A stretch of DNA of 63,558 nt, counting the filler, from Actinomycetota bacterium (GTDB taxonomy: Bacteria; Actinomycetota; Acidimicrobiia; IMCC26256; VFJJ01): assembly GCA_009886115.1 (NCBI GenBank). It is 6 parts of 6 records of this genome, joined end to end, with 100 filler letters (N's around TTAATTAATTAA, not from the genome) between each part and the next. Parts side by side here need not be neighbours in the genome. Positions count along the whole stretch, not along the records: positions 41,224 to 54,172 come from VFJJ01000013.1; positions 54,273 to 57,261 come from VFJJ01000033.1; positions 57,362 to 63,558 come from VFJJ01000135.1; 3 more parts are not named here. The stretch is one strand, 5' to 3'. Shown piece by piece: positions 51,777-62,056 of this stretch. The notes under the pieces were generated by a model. The model had not been told where the DNA came from and searched no databases. It saw nothing but the letters and a program-made list of their open reading frames with translations. Position 1 is the first letter of the stretch. Every line of letters begins with the position of its first letter. Both the position numbers and the translations under genes were made by a program.

Positions 51777-53302
51777 TGGGGATCCGATCGCGAGCCCGTG
51801 GAGCAGCGCGCACGTCCGAAAGGCACACCCGGGCCGGGGGGCACTCTCGCGCCCGACGCCAGGGCTCAGAGCGCGGCTTCGTGCTTCCGCTCACGGCATT
51901 GTCGATCGTGGTGCTCACCGCCATGGCCGGTTACGGCGCCGACCTCGGATCGTGGTACGCACGCACCGCCCAGCTCCAGCGGGCTGCCGACGCGGGGGCG
52001 CTCGCCGGCGTGGTCTGGATGCCCAACGACGTGGTCTCGGCCACCAACGCCGCCACGGCCGCCGCGGCCCGCAACGACGTGACCATCGATGCCCTCAAGG
52101 GCACGTCGCTCACAGTCCAGAGCGTGCCCGGCAGCGCCAACCGGCTCAAGGTGTGCGTCACCGACGCCTTGGTGGAGGCGTACTTCACCAAGATGTACGA
52201 CGCCTACCACACGGTGACCAAGTGCGCCACGGCCGAGTACATCCTCCCGGTGGCCCTCGGCAGCCCAGAGAACGTGTACGGGACGGGGAACCAGCTCGTG
52301 CCCGCAGAGAACATCTGGGGCGCCGTCAACGGCTACTGCACCCCGATGGAACAGGGCGATCTCAAGCTCTCGAAGTGGACGTCCACCTGGAACGGGAGCT
52401 CGTGGGACTGCCCCGGCTCGACTGCGAACCCGTACTACGACCCCACCGGGTACACCTACATCTACGACATCCCGGTCGGCCACGGCAGCACGGCGCTCCA
52501 GGTCTTCGACCCGTCGTGGAACCCGGGCCTGGGCATCGACCCGGGCGGCAACGGAACGTTCGACACCATCTACACGCTCTACAGCGCCGACGGCACCCCG
52601 CTCGACAACACCGACAACCCCATGATCGGGGCCCCACAGTCCTTCCCGACCAACCACGGCGCATCGCAGGGTGTGTGGACCACGATCTACACGGTCACTT
52701 CAGGTGACCCCTCTGGGCGGTACCGCCTCGAGGTCAAGACCGACGCCGCCGACATCGGCCAGGGCGCCAACCTCTTCGGACTGCGGGCCCTTCGCGGCAG
52801 CGGTCCGGCCCGGTGCAGCACGCTCACCGACACCACCTGCCCGGGCGTGTTCGCCGAGAGCTACATGTCGATCTTCGCCAACTTCCCGAGTGGCGTGGCC
52901 GAGCCCTACCTGGCCAGCGTGCCCTCGTCGCACGCCGGCAAGACGATGATCATCACGCTGTTCGACCCCGGCGAAGGCGGCCAGAGCATCGAGGTGCTCT
53001 CGCCCGACGGTCGCTCGTGGCCCTTCAACTACCGGACGGTGTATCCGACCCTCGGCGAGTACACCGGGAGCGGAACATCCCTCGACATCAGCGGAACGCC
53101 GGGGGCTCTCGCCGGGCGCTTGAGCACGTCGAAGTTCAACGAGCGACTCGTGGAGATCACGATCTCGCTGCCCGTCGACTACCTCACGCAGTTCGGCACC
53201 AACACGTGGTGGAAGATCCGCTACACGTTCGGTGCCGCCGTCACCGACCGGACCACCTGGAGCGTGCAGATCCTGGGTGATCCGGTGCACCTCATCGAAT
53301 GA
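51776..53302 (+). CDS. TadG-like pilus protein (Tad domain plus large C-terminal domain)
   Basis: SERG|FVLPLTAL, ADLG..Y....LQRAADAGALAG; TGATG coupling to the upstream tadE stop. Confidence 0.82.
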   Translation: MGIRSRARGAARTSERHTRAGGHSRARRQGSERGFVLPLTALSIVVLTAMAGYGADLGSWYARTAQLQRAADAGALAGVVWMPNDVVSATNAATAAAARNDVTIDALKGTSLTVQSVPGSANRLKVCVTDALVEAYFTKMYDAYHTVTKCATAEYILPVALGSPENVYGTGNQLVPAENIWGAVNGYCTPMEQGDLKLSKWTSTWNGSSWDCPGSTANPYYDPTGYTYIYDIPVGHGSTALQVFDPSWNPGLGIDPGGNGTFDTIYTLYSADGTPLDNTDNPMIGAPQSFPTNHGASQGVWTTIYTVTSGDPSGRYRLEVKTDAADIGQGANLFGLRALRGSGPARCSTLTDTTCPGVFAESYMSIFANFPSGVAEPYLASVPSSHAGKTMIITLFDPGEGGQSIEVLSPDGRSWPFNYRTVYPTLGEYTGSGTSLDISGTPGALAGRLSTSKFNERLVEITISLPVDYLTQFGTNTWWKIRYTFGAAVTDRTTWSVQILGDPVHLIE

Positions 53303-53372
53303 CGGGCGGGCACCCGTTCGAGCCGCACTGCAACCAGGCGCGCCACCGTGCCGCCATCTTGGGGAGCCGTCC

Positions 53373-54172
53373 ATGGACCACGTACCGGTCACTGATACCG
53401 AGCAGCGACCGACCCGCCCGCGCACGCGGCTCGGGCGACGGTCGGAGCGCGGCGCGACGCTCGTCGAGGGCGCCATCGTCTTTCCGCTGATCGTGCTGGT
53501 GATCTTCGGGATCGTGGAGTTCGGCCTGCTCTTTCGGAGCTACCTCACCGTCGGCAACGCCACGCGCTCGGGCGTGCGTGTCGGCGCAGCCGCGGGCAAG
53601 GACCCGCTGGCCGACTTCAAGGTGCTCCGAGCCGTCGAGAAGGCCAGCGTGGCCCTGCCCGACGACGCGCTGCACTACATCGTGGTCTGGAAGGCATCGG
53701 GACCCAACGACCGCATCAGCGCGACATGCAAGGCGGGCACCCCGGTGGTCGGCGTCTGCAACGTCTACAGCTCGGGCGACCTGCGCCTGAGCGAGGTTCA
53801 ATTCGCCGACCCGAGTTACACCAAGGACGACAACTGGCCGGGTGCCTCGCGATTGGACGACCGCACCGCTGGCGTCGACTGGGTCGGCCTGTACATCAAG
53901 ACCGACCACGAGTACACCGTGCCCCTGTTCGGCAACGACAAGCAGATCAACGACTCCCAGATCCAGCGCATCGAGCCCCGCCAGGCCACCAGCAGCGGGA
54001 CCGCGCCGACGCTGCCACCGCCTCCGCCCACGTCGAGCACCCTGCCCACCACCACGACCACCGCCCCCCCAACGACCACGACCACTGCGGCCGCCACTAC
54101 GACGACACGGCCACCCACCACCACCACGCGGGCACCCACCACGACTGCCCCACCACCCACCACCACCACGAC
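53373..54172 (+). CDS. TadE-like minor pilin with Thr/Pro-rich tail; truncated by contig end
   Basis: SERG|ATLVEGAIVFP, EFGLLF, ATRSGVRVG, long PTTTT tail. Confidence 0.85.
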
Positions 54173-54272
54173 NNNNNNNNNNNNNNNNNNNNNNNNNNNN
54201 NNNNNNNNNNNNNNNNTTAATTAATTAANNNNNNNNNNNNNNNNNNNNNNNNNNNNNNNNNNNNNNNNNNNN
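54173..54272. other. Artificial contig linker
   Basis: N run with TTAATTAATTAA. Confidence 0.99.
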
Positions 54273-54339
54273 AGAATCGGACCCTGCGGGGAGCACCCAG
54301 TGAGGCGCTACACTGCCTCTGAACTGGGGAAACGAGGAG

Positions 54340-54412
<73 letters not shown>

Positions 54413-54473
54413 GGGGTTTGGTCACGCTAGCAGTGGGGCTGGGCTGTGCCGGCGTCCGTTGTTGAGGGTGGGG

Positions 54474-56210
54474 TCACCAGGAGCCGCCACCGCCGCCACC
54501 GCCACCACCCCCGACGCCACCGCCACCTCCGCCGCCTCCGCTCGATGAGGGCTTCACGGACGTGGTGGAGGTCATGCGGGCCAACGAGGGGGCGATGAGG
54601 GCGTAGTTGGCGGCGACGGGGTCGACGATGGCGCCGGAGCGGGCGACGGCTTGGGACCAGTGGTCGATCTCGCCGACAGCGACGGCCCATGCGGTGTATT
54701 GCCGAAGGACGCCCCGCTTGGCGGCTTCGTCGGCGTGGTAGGCCTCGGATTCGGACAGAAAACGGCGGAAGGACTCGACCCGCAGCCACATGGCAGAACC
54801 TGCGGGCGTGCGGACGCGGAGCTCCCATGCTCGGAGTGCGGCTGAAAACCCGGCTCCCCCGACCGCGGCGCCCAATACCACGAGGACCAGCCAGAAGCCG
54901 CCGGAGCGGTTGGCGAACGCGGCCGCGATCCCGGCGGCGACGGCACCGAGCAGTGCGGCCAGGATCCCGAGAACCCGAACCCGCACGAGCCGTCGCTCGG
55001 CGCCGAGGTCCCACAGCGAGCTCCCGCGACGCCAGCCCTGAAGCTCGGCATCGAGTGAGGTCCACGCCGCGGCGAACGCCGGGTCGTACTTGCCAAGGGG
55101 CAACTGGTCGCGTCCGGCAAAGGCGGTGTCGAGTATGAGCGCTGCTGGTCCGTCGTGGCGATCGCGCCGTACGAGGGTGATGTCCTTGCCGGCGCCCTCG
55201 AGGTCGAGGTATCCCTCGTTGGCCGCGCCGACGAGCCAGGCGACCTTGTGCACCGGAGCCACCGTCTCAGCCAGGAGCAGCCCGCCCTGGGACGGCGTGA
55301 GCTCCGGAGGCGGAGCGAACTCGATCGTCGAGAGTGCCGCCAACTCGGCCAGGTCGATGCGTTCCTCACCGAGGCCAGCGCGAGCCCGGGCGCTGGCGAA
55401 TGCGGCGTCGGCGGCTCCACCGGTGGCCACACGCTCCTTTCCAGCTCGGCGCACCAGTACCGACAGCACCGACGCAGCAGCCAAGGCGCCCCACAGCCCG
55501 AGCAGCATCGGCACGAGGATTCCCGAGCCCGGCTCGGACGGGCGCCCGGTGGGTTCGCTCGGCGCGGGCGGAGAGGCGTCGAGGGCCGCCCCGATGCCGG
55601 CGTAGAGGGTCACGCCCTCTCCCCGAGCGAGCCCGTCGAAGCGGAGCACGAGATGTCCCGGAGCCTCCACCTCGACCGCGCACGGAGTCGTGTCACCGAA
55701 GGAGCCCGACACGCAGATCGGGTCGATGAGCTCGAATGGCGTCACCACATGGGCTTCGACTTCGGCGACGGGTACCTCCCAGCTCGTGCCGACGACGTCC
55801 CACGCCACGTCGCCGTCGGTGACGAGCGAGGGCAGCGGGTACCCGATGCGGTAGCGGTGCCGGCCCCGGATCGTGCGCGAAGAATCGCCGATCCGGATGC
55901 GGGTCTCGAAGCCCGAACCCGAGACGAAGACCTCGTCGGGAGCCGACGGCGACGACACGACGATCGGCGCCAGCTCGTCGAGCCCCGGGACGTCACGGAA
56001 GATCCCATGACGTGATGACGAGCCGAAGTCGTAGTCGACCACCTCGACGATCTCGGCAGATCCATCGGCGGCGATGGTCGCGGTGGTCCAGATCGCCGCG
56101 ACCCGTTCCGTATCGCCGATCGCGGCGCCGACGCCGCCAACGACGGCGAAGCCGATGGCCCCCACGCCCAACACCACCATGTCGACCTTGCGGCGCTTGA
56201 GTCCCGGCAT
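54474..56210 (-). CDS. DUF2207 family membrane protein
   Basis: YDFG..RHGIFR, WDVVGTSW.VP, FRRFL, WAVAVG...W, terminal GGGGGGGGGSW. Confidence 0.88.
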   Translation of the reverse strand: MPGLKRRKVDMVVLGVGAIGFAVVGGVGAAIGDTERVAAIWTTATIAADGSAEIVEVVDYDFGSSSRHGIFRDVPGLDELAPIVVSSPSAPDEVFVSGSGFETRIRIGDSSRTIRGRHRYRIGYPLPSLVTDGDVAWDVVGTSWEVPVAEVEAHVVTPFELIDPICVSGSFGDTTPCAVEVEAPGHLVLRFDGLARGEGVTLYAGIGAALDASPPAPSEPTGRPSEPGSGILVPMLLGLWGALAAASVLSVLVRRAGKERVATGGAADAAFASARARAGLGEERIDLAELAALSTIEFAPPPELTPSQGGLLLAETVAPVHKVAWLVGAANEGYLDLEGAGKDITLVRRDRHDGPAALILDTAFAGRDQLPLGKYDPAFAAAWTSLDAELQGWRRGSSLWDLGAERRLVRVRVLGILAALLGAVAAGIAAAFANRSGGFWLVLVVLGAAVGGAGFSAALRAWELRVRTPAGSAMWLRVESFRRFLSESEAYHADEAAKRGVLRQYTAWAVAVGEIDHWSQAVARSGAIVDPVAANYALIAPSLARMTSTTSVKPSSSGGGGGGGGVGGGGGGGGGGSW

Positions 56211-56239
56211 AGGACGGTCAGGCTACCGAACCTGCGCTG

Positions 56240-56290
56240 CTCCCGATCCCTCCCGACCTCCCGACCTCCCGAGCTCCCGAGCTCCCGAGC
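56240..56290. repeat. 8-bp tandem repeat CTCCCGA(C/G) x6
   Basis: Read directly in the divergent intergenic region. Confidence 0.85.
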
Positions 56291-56342
56291 TTGACTGCGA
56301 TCGGGCGCACGGCGAGATCGCCAGGATGCGATGATGCGCACC

Positions 56343-57185
56343 ATGGGATCACTCGACGGTCAGGTGTGCCTGGTGGCCGGCGCCAGCCGGGGCGTGGGCA
56401 AGGGATGCGCGCTCGAGCTCGGAGCAGCCGGTGCGACGGTGTACGTGACCGGCAGGACGGCCGGCGACCATCGCCATCCCCTCCCCGGGACGGTCGCGGC
56501 CACAGCAGCCGAGGTGTCCGCGGCTGGCGGCATCGGGATCTCCGTGGGCTGTGACCACCGCGACGACCGTGCTGTCGAGGACGTGTTCCACCAGATCGCC
56601 GAAGAGCACGGGCGCATCGACGTCGTGGTGAACAGTGCGTTCATCATCCCCGACGAGCTCACGTCGGGGCGGCCGTTCTGGGACGTCCCGCTGTCGAACT
56701 GGGACGACATGGTGGGCGTCGGGACCCGCTCGGCGTACGTGACGAGCGCGCTGGCGGCACGCCCGATGGTCGCGGCCGGCCGGGGGCTGATCGTCAACAT
56801 CAGCTCGTCGGGGGCCATCGAGTATGCCTGGAGCGTCGCCTACGGGGTCGGCAAGTGTGCCCTCGACCGGCTGACGGCCGACACCGCCCACGAGTTGGCA
56901 CCGCACGGTGTCTCGGTCGTGTCGCTGTGGCCCGGCTTCGTGCGCACCGAGCGCATCGACATGGCCGTCAAGGCGGGGCTGGTCCCCGCGGGGCTCGACG
57001 TGAGCCGCGCCGAATCGCCTCGCTTCACCGGACGGGCCGCCGCGGCGCTCGCCAGCGCGAGCGATACGGAGCGGGCCCGCTGGTCGGGACGAGCCGTCGC
57101 GTCGCGAGATCTCGCTGATCATTTCGCGTTCACCGACGTCGACGGCCGCCTGCCCGACGGCCCGCTCCACGACCGCAAGGCCTGA
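56343..57185 (+). CDS. SDR family oxidoreductase (DHRS1-like)
   Basis: GASRGVGKG, TVYVTGR, CDHRDD, NISS, YGVGK, SLWPG, AESPRFTGR. Confidence 0.9.
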   Translation: MGSLDGQVCLVAGASRGVGKGCALELGAAGATVYVTGRTAGDHRHPLPGTVAATAAEVSAAGGIGISVGCDHRDDRAVEDVFHQIAEEHGRIDVVVNSAFIIPDELTSGRPFWDVPLSNWDDMVGVGTRSAYVTSALAARPMVAAGRGLIVNISSSGAIEYAWSVAYGVGKCALDRLTADTAHELAPHGVSVVSLWPGFVRTERIDMAVKAGLVPAGLDVSRAESPRFTGRAAAALASASDTERARWSGRAVASRDLADHFAFTDVDGRLPDGPLHDRKA

Positions 57186-57261
57186 CACGCCACCGCCCCA
57201 CAGCCCACCGCCTCACAGCCCACCGCCTGACACGCCACCCCCTGACACGCCACCGCCCCAC
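57181..57261. repeat. 15-bp degenerate tandem repeat (CCTGACACGCCACCG) x5, running into the contig end
   Basis: Read directly from the SDR stop onward. Confidence 0.85.
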
Positions 57262-57361
57262 NNNNNNNNNNNNNNNNNNNNNNNNNNNNNNNNNNNNNNN
57301 NNNNNTTAATTAATTAANNNNNNNNNNNNNNNNNNNNNNNNNNNNNNNNNNNNNNNNNNNN
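57262..57361. other. Artificial contig linker
   Basis: N run with TTAATTAATTAA. Confidence 0.99.
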
Positions 57362-58539
57362 CTGAAGCCTCCGCTGAAGTCGCTCGAACCCGAATCGGAG
57401 TCCGAGCTCGAACCCGAATCGGAGTCCGAGTTCGAGCCTGAGTCCGAGTTCGAGCCTGAGTCCGAGCCTGAGTCCGAGCCTGAGTCCGAGCCTGAGTCGC
57501 CTTCGAACCCGGTGGTGAAGAAGTCGTCGTCGAGCAGGAAGTCATCGATGAAGTCGGTGAAATCGTCGTCGGTGAACTGGTCGTCGGAGAAGAAGTCCCT
57601 GTCAGAGAAGTCCTCCGCTGTGAAGCGACCGCTCGGCGGATCCGCGACCTCGATGACGAGCTCGAACCTTCCTCGCGATCCTTCACTCCCCCGGACGACG
57701 AAGCTGTGGCTGCCCTCGACGACCGCCAGGTCGAAGACGCGCTCGTTGTCGCCCTCGCCGCGGTCGTCGAACGACGCCGAGAAGATGAGATCGGCGATTT
57801 CGTCGGGCTCGTCGATGTCGTTCCCCGAGTAGAACTCGGAGTTGAAATCAGTGAAGTCTTCCTCGATCGCACGTACATCTCGGATCTCGCGCGCCACGGC
57901 GACCCCGATGACAGCGTCGAAGTCGCCTTCGGGCCGAAGCGACGCGCGGTAGAAGGTGCCCAGCGGGATGTCGACCTCGAAGATGGCGATCGGTTCGTCG
58001 CGGGTGATCTCGCCCTCGAACGTGCCCGGCTCGCGGGCTCCGCCACCGTCGTCTCCACCGTCGACGAACACGATCACGCCGACGACGACCGCCGCGGCCA
58101 CCAGCGCGATCACGAGCCCGGCGGCGAGCCCCTTGCGCTTCTTGGGTGGGGGGCCGACACCGGGCGCCCCGGGGGGCAGGGGCGGCGAGTAGCTCGACGC
58201 CCCGCCGAGGTACGACGGGACCGGCGGAACGCCTCCTGGTCCGTACCCGGGCGACCCCGAACCCGGAGCCCCCGGAGCCCCCGGCGCCCCGGGTGCGGAC
58301 GGGTATCGGGCGGGACCGCCAGCCTGGAACTGCCCGGCGTTGATGGGCGGCAGCGACTGGGTCGGGAAGGTCGGCGGCGCGCTCGGCGCTGAACCCGGGG
58401 GAGGAGGGGGTGAGGTCAGTGGATCCTGGCTCGGCGCTCCCCGGTCGGAGACGTTGGCCGTCCAAGACGTTCCGTCCCAATACCGGTACTCGTGGCGGCC
58501 CGTCGGGTCGGGGAGCCAACTCGCAGGTTCGGGGGCCAT
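57362..58539 (-). CDS. DUF2510 single-pass membrane protein with acidic ectodomain and GSDS repeats; truncated
   Basis: WLPDPTGRHEYRYWDGTSWT, Pro-rich linker, KKRK plus TM, PPC-like beta domain, (GSDS)n. Confidence 0.8.
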
Positions 58540-58609
58540 CACACCATCCAGTCGTCGAACCGTGGCCTGGGCAAGGCCGGCGCCAGCAGACTATCGGTCG
58601 CCTGGACGG

Positions 58610-58661
58610 ACCCGGGCGATCTCCCATACCCGGGCGATCTCCCATACCCGGGCGATCTCCC
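58610..58661. repeat. 18-bp tandem repeat ACCCGGGCGATCTCCCAT x2.9
   Basis: Read directly in the divergent intergenic region. Confidence 0.88.
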
Positions 58662-58742
58662 CGAGCCCGCCGGCGCTCGGTACCGTGGACGCACACGCAC
58701 CACGCGACGACGGGTCAGGACGAGGGGTCAGGCGGCCGAGCA

Positions 58743-59105
58743 ATGGGGACGAGGCGAGAAAAGGTGCTCGGCACCCCCTTCCTCCAGTTCCTCGCCGCCG
58801 TCGTCGGGGTCCTCTCCGGTGCGATGGTGCTCGTCGGGTGCGGTGACACCCAGCGCCTCGACCGCCAGGAGGCGCAAGCGCGGGCTCGCAGTTGCGCCAG
58901 CCTGATCGAACGACGCCAAGGTGAGTTGTTCGACCCCGATCCCGCTCGGGTCTATGCCGCGATCCTCGAGCGCTCGGGTCCGCAGCGGTTCGAGGCCACT
59001 GCCGAGGAAGGGCGCCAGCCGGGCCGGTTCTCGTCGAACGTCGTCGAGTTCCTCGCCGCCTGCAAGGCGCCGCCCGCAAGCTCCCCGGTCGCGAATGATG
59101 ACTGA
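58743..59105 (+). CDS. Hypothetical lipoprotein
   Basis: Hydrophobic signal with LVGC lipobox; overlaps the start of the next gene. Confidence 0.55.
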   Translation: MGTRREKVLGTPFLQFLAAVVGVLSGAMVLVGCGDTQRLDRQEAQARARSCASLIERRQGELFDPDPARVYAAILERSGPQRFEATAEEGRQPGRFSSNVVEFLAACKAPPASSPVANDD

Positions 59106-60573
59106 CTCGTCCGGCAAGCCGTCGCGCCGGCCGGAACGGGAAGGGCCACCGGCACTCACCCGTCGCGCCATGACCTGTGGCGCGTTGGTCAGCTTCGTCG
59201 CGGCCGTCGTCGTTCTCGCCCCGGGGCTCACTCGACCCGACGCGTTCGTGTTCGACGAGGTGTACTACGCCTCTGACGCGCTCGACCTCCTGCAACGAGG
59301 CGTCGAGCAGGGTCAGCCGGTACACCCGCCGCTCGGCAAGTGGATGATCGCCGGGGGCATCCGGCTGTTCGGGTTCACGCCCTTGGGCTGGCGGATCGCG
59401 CCCCTCCTGGCCGGCGCGGCAGTCGTGGCCCTGGCCTTCCTCGGCGCGGCATTGCTCACCCGGCGGACGTCGCTCGCCGCCATCGCTGCGGCGCTGGTGC
59501 TGTTCGACGGGGTCGCCTTCACAGCCAGCCGGCTCGCCATGCTCGATGTCTTCGTCGCGCTCTGGACGACAGCGACCGTGGTCGGGGTGCTCTGGATCAG
59601 ACAGCGCGGCTACCGGCCCGGCTCGACCCTTCCGGCCAAGCTGGCGGTCGGCTTGCTCGGCGGGGCCGCCGTGGCGACGAAGTGGTCAGCGGTGCTCGTC
59701 CTCCCGCTGGCCGTGATGGCCCTGTTCGAGGCCGACCGCCGGGTGCTGCCGCCGGGCCCCATCCGGCGGCGGGGCGTCGTCGCGACACTGGCAGCCATGA
59801 CCCTGGCGCCGATGGTGGTGTACGCAGCGGCGGCCGTCCCCTTTCTCGTCCAGATCGACGAGACCCGCGCCGGCGCCGCTCAGTGCCGCGCACCCGAGGA
59901 CGCGCCCGAGGTCGGGCCCCAGCCCGGATCAGCGTCAGCGCCCGGGGTCGACCTCGCGAACACGTGCGACTGGTCGATCGGCGAACGGCTCTCGGTGTGG
60001 TGGGAGAACCAGCTCGACGTCCTCGCCTTCCACCGCGGGCTGCGACCCCGAAACTCCCAGGCGGCCTCGGCGACCCATTGGGTGCTCCAGACCGAGCCGA
60101 CGGCCTTGTACGACAAGACCTGCCGCTCCAGCTTCGCCGCCGCGCCCCCCGCGCTCGACGACGGCGTCTGCGACGGTGCCCGTCCCGGCGACCGGGCGAT
60201 CGTGATGTCGGTGGGCAACCCGGTGCTGTGGCTGACGGCGACGCTGGCGGTGGGCGTGTTGGCGGTTCGGGCGAGTCGGCGGCGCGACGTGACAATCGCC
60301 CTCGTGCTCTCGTTCGGGCTCGTGCAGTGGCTCCCGTGGACCGTCGCCGAGCGCGAGGTGTTCACGTTCTACGCCGCGCCGATCGTCCCGCTCCTCGCAT
60401 GGTGGGTGGTGATGGCCGTTGCGCCGTGGAGCGCCACGCGACGGATCGCCGCGTCCACGATCATCGTGGGCCTGGCTGTGCTGGCCTTCGCCGGGCTCCG
60501 GCCGGCAATGACCGCCAGTCCGCTCGCTCGCGACGATCTGGGCTCGAGCCTGTGGTATCCGTCGTGGCCATGA
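59095..60573 (+). CDS. Protein O-mannosyltransferase (GT39/PMT family)
   Basis: FVFDEVYYA, VHPPLGKWMIA.G..LFG..PLGWR, SRLAMLD, ATKWS, GNPVLW. Confidence 0.88.
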   Translation: MMTDSSGKPSRRPEREGPPALTRRAMTCGALVSFVAAVVVLAPGLTRPDAFVFDEVYYASDALDLLQRGVEQGQPVHPPLGKWMIAGGIRLFGFTPLGWRIAPLLAGAAVVALAFLGAALLTRRTSLAAIAAALVLFDGVAFTASRLAMLDVFVALWTTATVVGVLWIRQRGYRPGSTLPAKLAVGLLGGAAVATKWSAVLVLPLAVMALFEADRRVLPPGPIRRRGVVATLAAMTLAPMVVYAAAAVPFLVQIDETRAGAAQCRAPEDAPEVGPQPGSASAPGVDLANTCDWSIGERLSVWWENQLDVLAFHRGLRPRNSQAASATHWVLQTEPTALYDKTCRSSFAAAPPALDDGVCDGARPGDRAIVMSVGNPVLWLTATLAVGVLAVRASRRRDVTIALVLSFGLVQWLPWTVAEREVFTFYAAPIVPLLAWWVVMAVAPWSATRRIAASTIIVGLAVLAFAGLRPAMTASPLARDDLGSSLWYPSWP

Positions 60574-61529
60574 TCCTGGCGGCGAGATGGCCTGCGGTCC
60601 GCACGGGCAGCCTGGCCGCGTACAGCGGCGTTGTCGTCTGGTCGATCGACACGCGCGGCGTCCCGTTCGACCGCGAGACCGTGCTGGCCTGGGTCTGCGG
60701 GTGCCTCGTGCTCGTGAACGTCGGACGGCCGTGGCGCCAGTCGATGCAGGTGGTCATCGACTGGCTGCCGTTCCTCGCCGTCATGCTGATCTACGACCTC
60801 GTCCGTGGCGCGGCCGACCAGGCCGGCGCGCCCGTGCACTACACGCCGCAACTCGATGCCGATCGGGCGTTGTTCGGGGGCACGGTCCCCACGGTGTGGC
60901 TGCAGGATCGCCTCTACGACGGGGGTGCGCCGCGGTGGTGGGAAGTCGGGCCGGCGCTGGTGTATGCGTCGCATTTCGTCGTGCCGTTCGTGGTGGCCGG
61001 TGTGCTCTGGCAACGCGACCGCGAGCGCTGGTTGGCCTTCACCGGTCGATTCGTGTCGCTCAGCTTCCTGGCGACCTTGGGGTTCTTGGCGTTCCCGGCC
61101 GCGCCGCCCTGGCTGGCATCGCGGCGCGACCTGCTCCCGCCGATTTCGCGGACCTCGCCGCGGGGCTGGTCGATCCTCGAGCTCGACGTGGCCAGTCGGC
61201 TCATCGACAAGGGGCAGAAGGCCTCGAACCTCGTGGCTGCCATCCCGTCGCTTCACGCGGGATACACCGTGCTGCTGCTGGTGTTCCTCTGGCCCCGGGC
61301 GAGCCGTCGGCTCCGAGTTGTGCTCGTGGCCTATCCGGTGGTGATGGGCTTCGTGCTGGCCCTCACCGGTGAGCACTACGTGGTCGACGTGCTGGCCGGC
61401 TGGGCCGCCGCAGCCGTCGTGTGCATGGGCTGGACGGCCTGGGAGCACCGTCGCTCCCTGCGAGACATCGAGCAGGCTGTGCAGTGCCAAGAAGCGCTGA
61501 CCGGACCAGGCTCTACCCTTGGGCCATGA
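60570..61529 (+). CDS. PAP2 family membrane protein (AUR1/inositol phosphorylceramide synthase-like)
   Basis: YASHF, FPAAPPW, AAIPSLHAG, GEHYVVDVLAG; ATGA overlap. Confidence 0.85.
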   Translation: MILAARWPAVRTGSLAAYSGVVVWSIDTRGVPFDRETVLAWVCGCLVLVNVGRPWRQSMQVVIDWLPFLAVMLIYDLVRGAADQAGAPVHYTPQLDADRALFGGTVPTVWLQDRLYDGGAPRWWEVGPALVYASHFVVPFVVAGVLWQRDRERWLAFTGRFVSLSFLATLGFLAFPAAPPWLASRRDLLPPISRTSPRGWSILELDVASRLIDKGQKASNLVAAIPSLHAGYTVLLLVFLWPRASRRLRVVLVAYPVVMGFVLALTGEHYVVDVLAGWAAAAVVCMGWTAWEHRRSLRDIEQAVQCQEALTGPGSTLGP

Positions 61530-62056
61530 GGATCGGTCTGTTCGCGATCAACTTCTCGACCTGCGCCGACCCCGAAGCGGCCGTGGCCGTGGCGCAGGCG
61601 GCCGAGGCTGCCGGCTTCGAGTCGGTGTGGACGGGCGAGCACATCGTGCTCCCCGACCCCATGGTCGAGCGGTCGCCGATGCCCGCGTCGACACCGATCC
61701 TCGACACGATCGTCGCCCTCACGCTGATCGCGTCCCACACTCCACGCTGCGGGTCGGCAGCGGCTGGTTACGGTTTCGCGACCGACCTCGCGCTCGCCGC
61801 GGAGTGCATCGCCGCGATTCGACAGACGGCCGATGGGTACGAGCGCCCGCCCGAGCTGGGGCCGCTCGAGATCACGGTCACCCCGGTTGGTGATCTCGAG
61901 CCCGAGACGGTGCAGCAGTATGGCGCCCTTGGTGTCGATCGGCTGGTGCTGCTACCTCAGCCCGACGCCCGTCTCGACCAACGCCATGCACCGGTTCCGC
62001 TCGAGACCATCCTGGCCAACGTCGAGCACGTCGGCACCACGATCGTCAATCGGTAG
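61526..62056 (+). pseudogene. LLM F420-dependent oxidoreductase with a large internal deletion
   Basis: Only 176 aa; normal N-terminus (GFESVWTGEHIVLP) joined directly to the C-terminus (YGF...GVDRLVL); barrel core missing. Confidence 0.8.
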
